Below the pieces are notes generated by a model. That model saw nothing but the letters and a program-made list of their open reading frames with translations, was not told the origin of the DNA and made no database searches. Of a DNA stretch of 64,000 bases, positions 56,796 to 64,000 are shown one piece after another. The stretch is taken from the NCBI GenBank assembly GCA_045606105.1, contig JAZURI010000002.1, positions 32,001 to 96,000 of the forward strand. Direction: 5' to 3'. The DNA comes from Spirochaetia bacterium (lineage in GTDB: Bacteria > Spirochaetota > Spirochaetia > CADAEX01). The stretch's first letter is position 1; every line of letters begins with the position of its first letter. The position numbers and the translations under genes were made by a program.

Positions 56796-57675
56796 CGGAC
56801 TTGAAATAAGAAAGGCAATCCTTGAGGAAATCAAGGCAGAAACACAGAAAATCAAGGAAGAAAAGGGAGTGGTTCCCGGACTGGTTACAATTCTCGTAGG
56901 TGAAAATCCCGCTTCTGTTTCATATGTCACCCTCAAGGTAAAGACAGCCATAGAAATGGGCTTCAACGAGATTCAGGTAAATCTCCCTGCAGATATTTCC
57001 GAAGAGGCACTTCTGGCAGAGGTTGAAAAATACAATAAGGATGATTCCGTACACGGAATCCTGGTACAGCTTCCTCTTCCCAAGCACATTGATGAAAACA
57101 AGATCATTTATGCGATAGACCCTGACAAGGATGTGGATGGCTTCCATCCCGTAAACATCGGCCGTCTTGTACTGGGAGGAGAACATGTGAAATTCCCTCC
57201 ATGTACCCCTGCCGGAATCGTTGAGCTTCTGGAACGTTCAGGAGTGGAGACCAGCGGTGCGGAGGTGGTTATCGTAGGAAGATCAAACCTTGTGGGCAAG
57301 CCTCTTGCAAACATGCTCTGCAGAAAGGGCAGAAATGCAAATGCAACCGTAACATTGGTACATACCGGAACAAAGGATCTGGCATCCCATTGCCGGAGAG
57401 CCGATATCCTGGTTGCGGCAGCCGGTTGTCCGGACCTTATCAAGCCTGAATGGGTAAAGCCGGGAGCCTGTGTCATCGATGTTGGTGTAAACCGTGTAGG
57501 TGAAAAAATCAGCGAAAAGACAGGAAAGAAGGTGGCAATCCTGAAGGGAGATACCGATTTCGAGGCTATTTCCAAAATTGCAGGCAGTATTACCCCGGTA
57601 CCGGGAGGAGTAGGCCCGATGACTATTGCCATGCTTATGCAGAATACACTCAATTCCCTGAAATTCAGGATCTGA
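56776..57675 (+). CDS. folD: Methylenetetrahydrofolate dehydrogenase/cyclohydrolase
   Basis: HGILVQLPLP, KDVDGFHP, PCTPAG, GRSNLVGKP, IDVG, TPVPGGVGPMT. Confidence 0.97.
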   Translation: MQAKIINGLEIRKAILEEIKAETQKIKEEKGVVPGLVTILVGENPASVSYVTLKVKTAIEMGFNEIQVNLPADISEEALLAEVEKYNKDDSVHGILVQLPLPKHIDENKIIYAIDPDKDVDGFHPVNIGRLVLGGEHVKFPPCTPAGIVELLERSGVETSGAEVVIVGRSNLVGKPLANMLCRKGRNANATVTLVHTGTKDLASHCRRADILVAAAGCPDLIKPEWVKPGACVIDVGVNRVGEKISEKTGKKVAILKGDTDFEAISKIAGSITPVPGGVGPMTIAMLMQNTLNSLKFRI

Positions 57676-57687
57676 CCGGAGTTAAAA

Positions 57688-58770
57688 ATGGAAAACAACA
57701 TTGAATTAAGCGCTACATACGAAGCCTCTCTTGAGAGAAGCAGAAACATAGAAAAGGATATCCTTCTCAACCCTCAGAAATACAGGGTTCTTACAGGAGA
57801 CAGACCTACAGGACGACTTCATATCGGCCATTACTTCGGCTCTCTCCAGAACAGGGTAAGACTGGCAGACCTGGGTGTACCAACCTGTATCCTTATTGCC
57901 GATTATCAGGTTCTTACCGATCATGAGGCCTTTTCCGAAATTTCCCAGAATACAAAGCAGCTTGTAATTGATTATCTGGCTGCGGGAATCAAACCAAGCG
58001 ACAAGGTAATCATCTATCCTCACAGCTACATTCCGGAAGCAAACCAGCTTATGCTCCCGTTCCTTACATTGGTTTCCAGCGCAGAGCTTGAAAGAAACCC
58101 TACCGTAAAGGAAGAAATAACAAAATCAGAGCTTTCCTCAGTCAATGCGGGAATGCTTACATACCCGATTCATCAGGCCTGCGACATCCTCTTCTGTAAG
58201 GGAAATGTTGTTCCTGTAGGAAAGGACCAGCTTCCTCACATCGAGCTTACACAGAAGATAGCCAGAAGATTCAACAAGAAGTTCTGTAAGAATTCAGAGC
58301 CTATTTTCCCGATTCCGAATGCACTTCTCAGCAAGACACCGAGCATTCTCGGTCTGGACGGAAGCCAGAAAATGAGCAAGAGCCGTGGAAATGCAATCAT
58401 GCTCTGTGCCACAGAGGACGAGACAGCTTCTCTCATCAAGAAAGCAAAGACCGATACAGAAAGAAACATCACCTACGATCCTGTAAACAGACCTGAAGTT
58501 GCAAACCTTCTCATGCTCATATCACTCTGTACCGGAGAAGAGCCTGCGGATATAGCAGCAAGAATCGGAGAAGGGGGAGGCGGACTCCTTAAGAGAACCC
58601 TTACAGAGGCACTCAACGAAAAGCTCAGACCTCTCAGAACAGAAAGAAAGAAGCTTGAAGCTGCACCGGATTACATCTGTCAGGTACTCCATGACGGAGC
58701 AGCCAGAGCCAGGGAAATGGCTGTGGAAACCCTTACACAGGTTCGCCGTGCAATGAATATGGAAATCTGA
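57688..58770 (+). CDS. trpS: Tryptophan--tRNA ligase
   Basis: TGDRPTGRLHIGHY, YPIHQACDI, VPVGKDQLPH, KMSKS. Confidence 0.96.
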   Translation: MENNIELSATYEASLERSRNIEKDILLNPQKYRVLTGDRPTGRLHIGHYFGSLQNRVRLADLGVPTCILIADYQVLTDHEAFSEISQNTKQLVIDYLAAGIKPSDKVIIYPHSYIPEANQLMLPFLTLVSSAELERNPTVKEEITKSELSSVNAGMLTYPIHQACDILFCKGNVVPVGKDQLPHIELTQKIARRFNKKFCKNSEPIFPIPNALLSKTPSILGLDGSQKMSKSRGNAIMLCATEDETASLIKKAKTDTERNITYDPVNRPEVANLLMLISLCTGEEPADIAARIGEGGGGLLKRTLTEALNEKLRPLRTERKKLEAAPDYICQVLHDGAARAREMAVETLTQVRRAMNMEI

Positions 58771-58777
58771 CAATAAA

Positions 58778-60115
58778 ATGAGACTCGGAAAAAAAATCAT
58801 AATTCTCGGTCTCATTTTGTTTCTTATGCCGGTTTTTTCTCCCTTTTGTCAGGAGGAGAAGCATGTTAACAGGGCCGTAACCGAGGCTCTTTCCTCCAAT
58901 GTTCTCCTGTGGGGCTTCAACCGGTTTGTCACCGACCAGGAATATGCCAGGATCTCACCTGAATCCATGTGGGAAAACCTTTCAGGGGAATGGGTGTGGG
59001 ACCAGGATGAATATACCGTAAACCAGATAGGACATCCGTATCAGGGCTCTCTCTATTTTACCGCAGGAAGGGCCAACAACCTTGATTTCTGGGAATCCTC
59101 AGCTCTTACTGCCGGGGGAAGCATAATCTGGGAATACCTGATGGAAACGGAAACTCCATCCAAGAACGACCTGATCATTACAGTCATGGGAGGAGCCTCC
59201 GTAGGGGAGATGCTGCACAGGCTTTATGAAAAATCCTTTTGGTCAAAATCCCTCTGGCTCTCTTTTTTCATCAGCCCAATGGATGCTGTAAACTATGTTA
59301 TAACTGACAAAAAGCCTGACAACACCGAACACATTCCATTGGAAACCGAAACTCTTTTCTACTTCGGAAGCATATCGGCCGATACAGGCAACCTACAACA
59401 TACCATAGGCACGGGAATCAATATAGTTTACGGAAAACCCTTCGGGCTTGAAAGCAAGGTTCCTTTTGAGCATTTTGAGCTGAATCTGGATGCCTCTTTT
59501 TCAGGAGATGCGTATTATTGGATATCTTTCTTTTCCGACGGCTTGATCAGATCCTGGGCCCCCTGCGAAGACCTTAATTCCGCCACAACCTTGGGTATCG
59601 GGCTTCATTACGACTTTATCTATTCAAAGGACATAAATTATTCGGCCAATTCACTGGGATTCACCCTGAAAAGGAGAAATTTCCTGGATCACGATTTTAT
59701 TTTCGACATAAGAATGCATCTGAACTGGCTTGTTCTGGGCTGCAGCGAATACCCTTATTTCATTAACGGCGATATTCCCAGACCGGCACACCTTGATGAA
59801 CGCAGGGATTACGATATGGGCACCGGAGAAAACATCAAATTAAGCCTGGAGCTTTCTCACGACAAATTCGGCACCCTTTCCCTTTTCGGCAATGCCAGCG
59901 GAATCCATACCATAGGAAATGCAGTTCCGGAAGAGGGCTCTGACGGATTCATATTTGTGGGAACAGCCGGTTTTTCTTACGAAAGGAAATTCAAAAGCAA
60001 ATACAGGGTAGGCCTCAGGGACAATTTTTACTTCAAGCATGGCATATATGACAGTGCTTCAGATTCAGAGAACTGCCTGAATCATTTCAGCATCTATTTC
60101 AAAGTACATTCCTGA
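58778..60115 (+). CDS. DUF3943-like exported/outer-membrane protein
   Basis: Signal peptide; WVWDQDEYTVNQIGHPYQGSLYF, WEYLMETETPSKNDLI; beta-rich C-terminal half. Confidence 0.75.
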   Translation: MRLGKKIIILGLILFLMPVFSPFCQEEKHVNRAVTEALSSNVLLWGFNRFVTDQEYARISPESMWENLSGEWVWDQDEYTVNQIGHPYQGSLYFTAGRANNLDFWESSALTAGGSIIWEYLMETETPSKNDLIITVMGGASVGEMLHRLYEKSFWSKSLWLSFFISPMDAVNYVITDKKPDNTEHIPLETETLFYFGSISADTGNLQHTIGTGINIVYGKPFGLESKVPFEHFELNLDASFSGDAYYWISFFSDGLIRSWAPCEDLNSATTLGIGLHYDFIYSKDINYSANSLGFTLKRRNFLDHDFIFDIRMHLNWLVLGCSEYPYFINGDIPRPAHLDERRDYDMGTGENIKLSLELSHDKFGTLSLFGNASGIHTIGNAVPEEGSDGFIFVGTAGFSYERKFKSKYRVGLRDNFYFKHGIYDSASDSENCLNHFSIYFKVHS

Positions 60116-61052
60116 TATCACGGCAGCCTGTAAGAATCATCACCAGCCTGTCCATTCCCAAGGCAGTACCGGAGCATTCGGGAAAAGTCCTGAAAATTTC
60201 AGGATAGGAATAATCCACATCCACCTTGATTGCAGCACATTCCTCCTTGACCTTACCTTCTTCTGCATAGAAATCCCGTACAACATCGGCTCTTGTTTCC
60301 TCGGTATAACAGTTGGCAATCTCTATTCCGTCGATATAGATCTCCCATCTTTCATAGATGTTCTCTTTCCTGTTCAGTCTGGCTGTGGCAGGAATATTGG
60401 CAGGATAATCTGTCAGGACGGTAATTCCGCTGCCGCATACCACAGGCTCGGTTTCAAGAATGAATAACTTGTTGAAAACCTCTTCCCAGGTAGTATAATC
60501 ATCTCCCACCTCGTATCCCTGTTCCAGAGCAGCACTCTTTATCGATTCAAAATCGGGACACAGTGCGATATCAATTCCGGTAGTTTCAAGAAAAGCCTCC
60601 CTTACGGTAATCACTCTGAAAGGGAGATTGCTGTATTCAGGGCTGAAACGGGTGAAAAGGGTGCCGAAAAGCTCCTTGGTAAGCTCCAGGGAATCCTTGT
60701 AGTCCGCATTTACGGTATACCATTCCAGCATGGTGAATTCGGGAGAATGATTCTGACCGTTCTGCTCGTAATTGCGGAAGGACTTGCAGATCTGGAAAAT
60801 GCTGCCGCTTCCCTCAGATATAAGTTTTTTCATCCAGAGCTCAGGAGAGGGAAGAAGATAGAGATTTTTCGGATCCTCGTAAGGGGAGATAAGCTCAGTC
60901 CTGAAAATCTCGATATGGGCTTCAGGAATGACATGAGGAGCAAGAATAGGTGTGGAGACCTGAAGATAGCCCCTCTCAATAAAGAAATTTCTTACAAATT
61001 CAGTAATTTCAGCCCTTTTTCTGAGCAGTTCAAACTTTTCTGCATAATCCAT
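60099..61052 (-). CDS. epmA: EF-P lysine beta-lysylase EpmA/GenX (truncated LysRS paralog)
   Basis: LPSPELWMKKL, IFQICKSFRN, HSPEFTMLEWY, ERWEIYIDGIEIAN, SGTALGMDRL; no anticodon domain. Start ATG 61052. Confidence 0.88.
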   Translation of the reverse strand: MDYAEKFELLRKRAEITEFVRNFFIERGYLQVSTPILAPHVIPEAHIEIFRTELISPYEDPKNLYLLPSPELWMKKLISEGSGSIFQICKSFRNYEQNGQNHSPEFTMLEWYTVNADYKDSLELTKELFGTLFTRFSPEYSNLPFRVITVREAFLETTGIDIALCPDFESIKSAALEQGYEVGDDYTTWEEVFNKLFILETEPVVCGSGITVLTDYPANIPATARLNRKENIYERWEIYIDGIEIANCYTEETRADVVRDFYAEEGKVKEECAAIKVDVDYSYPEIFRTFPECSGTALGMDRLVMILTGCRDIRNVL

Positions 61053-61058
61053 AAAACA

Positions 61059-61087
61059 ATTATACACATTTTCCCATTTATTTTCTA
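61059..61087 (-). promoter_or_regulatory. sigma70 promoter of epmA, apparently leaderless
   Basis: TAGAAA-17nt-TATAAT-tgtttt-ATG. Confidence 0.62.
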
Positions 61088-61105
61088 CCAAACTGCGTTA
61101 TATGG

Positions 61106-61114
61106 TGTTATAAT
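61106..61114 (+). promoter_or_regulatory. Extended -10 promoter of the PhoBR-like operon (leadered)
   Basis: TGT-TATAAT, then SD GAGGA before ATG 61132. Confidence 0.55.
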
Positions 61115-61131
61115 TTATACAGAGGATGAAC

Positions 61132-61869
61132 ATGACAGATACAAGCAGGACAAAATCCAAGAAGAAAATCCTGGTTATTGAAGATGACGAGGATATCAGA
61201 AACCTGATACTTTTCAATCTAAGTCTGGATGAGGAATTTGAGCTTCTTGATACCGACAACGGTGAAGAGGGGCTTCTCATTGCAGAAAAGAATATACCGG
61301 ACCTTATCATACTGGACATTATGCTTCCGGGTATAGACGGCTTTGAGGTGTGCCGCATTCTCAAGGAAAACATTTCCACCAGGCGTATTCCGGTTATCAT
61401 GCTTACAGCCCGTGCCGATGACGAGGATGTGATCAGAGGATATGAGCTGGGGGTGGAGGATTATCTCAGGAAGCCTTTCAACAGCATGAAGATTCTCTCT
61501 GCAAGAATCCACAATGTCCTGCAGCGCAGGGCTGAAAATTCAAAGATAACAATCGGTTCCCTGGAAATAGACCCTCTCAGCTTTTCGGTAACTGCAGACG
61601 GAATCCCGGCCGAGCTTTCATATTCCGAATTCAAGATACTGCAGCTTCTTGCTGAAAACAGAGGTGTGGCCTTCAGCAGGGAGGCTATCATGGCAAATGT
61701 CAAGGCAGGCAAGGGCAGCGGAGAGAGCCAGGAGGAGAAGACAGGGAAGAAAAATACCCTCCGTTCCGTGGATGTACAGGTGCTTTCCCTCAGGAAGAAG
61801 CTGGGAAGCTGCGGACACCTTATCGGTACCATCAGGGGAGCGGGATATATAATCAAGACTGACATATGA
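61132..61869 (+). CDS. OmpR/PhoB-family response regulator
   Basis: IEDD, LDIMLPGIDG, MLTA, KPF, RSVDVQVLSLRKKL, TIRGAGY. Confidence 0.92.
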   Translation: MTDTSRTKSKKKILVIEDDEDIRNLILFNLSLDEEFELLDTDNGEEGLLIAEKNIPDLIILDIMLPGIDGFEVCRILKENISTRRIPVIMLTARADDEDVIRGYELGVEDYLRKPFNSMKILSARIHNVLQRRAENSKITIGSLEIDPLSFSVTADGIPAELSYSEFKILQLLAENRGVAFSREAIMANVKAGKGSGESQEEKTGKKNTLRSVDVQVLSLRKKLGSCGHLIGTIRGAGYIIKTDI

Positions 61870-63623
61870 AATTAAAGATTTTCAGAAACTTTTTTTTCCG
61901 GCTCTTCTCACTTCAGTTTGCGGCACTGCTTCTCGTTGTTTCGGTAACTCTGGTACTGACCGTCAATTCCATATCGGATCTCATGTACAGGAAAACCGCA
62001 GATGAGCTGGAAAACATATGCAAGCTGGTCTGCAACACCCTTCCTTCGGAAAAAATTATATCTCTTTATGACATAGAGGCTTATGCCCTTTATGCAACCT
62101 CCGGGACAGGAATAAGGCTTACCATTATCCAGTATTCAGGAAGCATTCTTGCCGATTCCCATGCCAATTACAGATCCATGAGCAACCATTTCAACAGGCC
62201 TGAGGTAATGGAGGCATTTACAAAAAATATAGGTAGAAGCATCCGTTACAGCGAAACCATGGGAACGGAGATGATGTTCGTGGCAGTTTCATATCCCTCC
62301 ATGGGCTTTGTCATAAGGACCTCCAAGCCGGTGGAAGAGATTACCCATTTCAGGAACTTTTTCTATAAGCAGGTAATTCCTTATACTGTTTTCGTCTTTT
62401 TCATGATTCTTATTTTTGCCTTTTTCTTTTCGGCGGGAATCCATTCAAACATAAAGTCACTGAAGGATGTAACCCACCATTATGCCACCGGAGATTTTTC
62501 CGTTTTTCTTCCCGAAAGGGACGATGAGCTGGGAGACCTGAACCACTCCATCAATGTGATGGGAAGCCATCTGAAGAACAGGATTGACCTGATAACTGCA
62601 AAAAGAGATCAGATCCAGGCTATTGTCAGCCGTATGATAAACCCTGTTGTCCTGGTTGATGACCATCTGAACGTGCTTGAAATCAATCCTGCTGCGGCAA
62701 ATCTTACCGACAACAGTCAGTATGTGGGAAAAAATATCAGTGATGTAATCCTTAATGAAGATATCAATCACATTATCCGCATAACACTGGAGAAAAAGCA
62801 GGATCAGGAGTCGGCAGTATGTTTTGACCCTGTGAAAGGTATCTACTACTTTGTCCACACCACATATATCGAAGGAATCAGCACCTTATCAGGTACCGGA
62901 ACAATTCTTGTTGTAATGAACGATATCTCAGGTATGAAACGGCTTGATGACATGAGAAGGGAATTCTCCGCCAATGCCTCCCATGAACTGAAAACCCCGG
63001 TAACCTCCATCATGGGATATGTGGATACATTGATAGAAACCTACCGGGAGCATCCCGAAAATATCGGCCGTTTCCTGGGTATCATAAAGAAGCAGTCGGA
63101 CCGGCTTGCCAGAATCATAGAGGACCTTCTTATACTTTCCAGAACCGACAGTACCTATATAAGGCTGGAGAAGGAGCACATGATGGCAGATGAGCTTATT
63201 GCGGTATCGGTTTCCAATGTATCGGAAATGGCGGCCGAGAAGAACATAACCATAGAATGCGGGGATTTTTCCCATATTTCCATGTTTGTCCATCCGGTTC
63301 TGGCAGAGCAGGCCCTGAGCAATCTTCTCAACAATGCGGTAAAATATTCGGATTCCGGCACCACTGTAACAATTACGGCTGTCGAAACAGACGGCTTCAC
63401 CGAAATATCGGTATCTGACAACGGGCCCGGCATTGAGCCTGAATATCTTCCTAGGCTCTTTGAACGCTTCTACAGGGTCAACAAGGAGATCAGCCGTACA
63501 CTGGGTGGCACTGGTCTCGGACTCTCCATCGTAAAACAGGTGGCTGTAACCCACGGAGGCAAGGTTGAAGTCGAAAGTGTGGTTGGCAAAGGGTCTGTTT
63601 TTAAAATATACTTCCCGGCATAG
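61866..63623 (+). CDS. PhoR-like sensor histidine kinase (TM-HAMP-PAS-HisKA-HATPase)
   Basis: NHFNRPEV, DELGDL, FSANASHELKTP, NLLNNAVKY, FERFYRV, GGTGLGL. Confidence 0.92.
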   Translation: MKLKIFRNFFFRLFSLQFAALLLVVSVTLVLTVNSISDLMYRKTADELENICKLVCNTLPSEKIISLYDIEAYALYATSGTGIRLTIIQYSGSILADSHANYRSMSNHFNRPEVMEAFTKNIGRSIRYSETMGTEMMFVAVSYPSMGFVIRTSKPVEEITHFRNFFYKQVIPYTVFVFFMILIFAFFFSAGIHSNIKSLKDVTHHYATGDFSVFLPERDDELGDLNHSINVMGSHLKNRIDLITAKRDQIQAIVSRMINPVVLVDDHLNVLEINPAAANLTDNSQYVGKNISDVILNEDINHIIRITLEKKQDQESAVCFDPVKGIYYFVHTTYIEGISTLSGTGTILVVMNDISGMKRLDDMRREFSANASHELKTPVTSIMGYVDTLIETYREHPENIGRFLGIIKKQSDRLARIIEDLLILSRTDSTYIRLEKEHMMADELIAVSVSNVSEMAAEKNITIECGDFSHISMFVHPVLAEQALSNLLNNAVKYSDSGTTVTITAVETDGFTEISVSDNGPGIEPEYLPRLFERFYRVNKEISRTLGGTGLGLSIVKQVAVTHGGKVEVESVVGKGSVFKIYFPA

Positions 63624-63634
63624 GATTTGTTTTT

Positions 63635-64000
63635 ATGAAAAAATTTGCAGCAATCATTGTTTTTATCCTTCTTGCAGGATTTCTTCATTCACAGGAGCTT
63701 AAACCCGATTCCTCAATAAAGATGGGGGAGCTGGATAACGGTCTATCGTACTATATCAAGGATAATTCTTTCCCAGAAAACCAGACCTTTCTCAGACTGG
63801 TGGTAGCCTCAGGCTCCATTGATGAAAACGAGAACCAGCTGGGTCTTGCACACTTTATGGAACACATGGCTTTCAACGGCACAGAAAAATATCCCGGAAA
63901 CAGAATCATAGATTTTCTGGAAAAATGCGGTGTAAGATTCGGTCCTGACCTGAATGCATATACCAGCTACGACAGAACAGTATATATGATCAATTTCCCT
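63635..64000 (+). CDS. M16 (insulinase/PqqL-like) zinc peptidase, runs off the window end
   Basis: Not in the ORF track. Manual translation MKKFAAIIVF..GELDNGLSYY..GSIDE..GLAHFMEHMAFNG..NAYTSYDRTVY contains the HXXEH motif. Confidence 0.93.
   Translation, partial: MKKFAAIIVFILLAGFLHSQELKPDSSIKMGELDNGLSYYIKDNSFPENQTFLRLVVASGSIDENENQLGLAHFMEHMAFNGTEKYPGNRIIDFLEKCGVRFGPDLNAYTSYDRTVYMINFP

Overview
A very compact chromosomal window from a bacterium, most likely a spirochaete. The basis is the murG-cvpA-holB-like-kinase-sigma54 regulator synteny, a TatT/DctP/DctQM transporter, fused PyrBI and groEL without groES. It holds about 54 CDS (dnaE and an M16 peptidase are cut by the window ends) and one tRNA-Met(CAT). 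I saw no CRISPR array, rRNA, integrase or transposase. Four observations stand out. (1) An archaeal-type CoA-biosynthesis pair, a pantoate-kinase-family GHMP kinase plus a CoaBC with archaeal signatures, sits in a native-looking operon. (2) About a dozen operon-leading genes have a -10 box 6-7 nt before the ATG and no Shine-Dalgarno, suggesting widespread leaderless mRNAs. (3) An 8.3-kb AT-rich glycan-acylation island without an integrase is bounded by a 16-bp direct repeat built from the stop codons of the two flanking genes. (4) A NusG-paralog antiterminator heads an XDH-like operon whose molybdenum-cofactor motifs are degenerate. All family calls come from motif recognition by eye; no database search was run.
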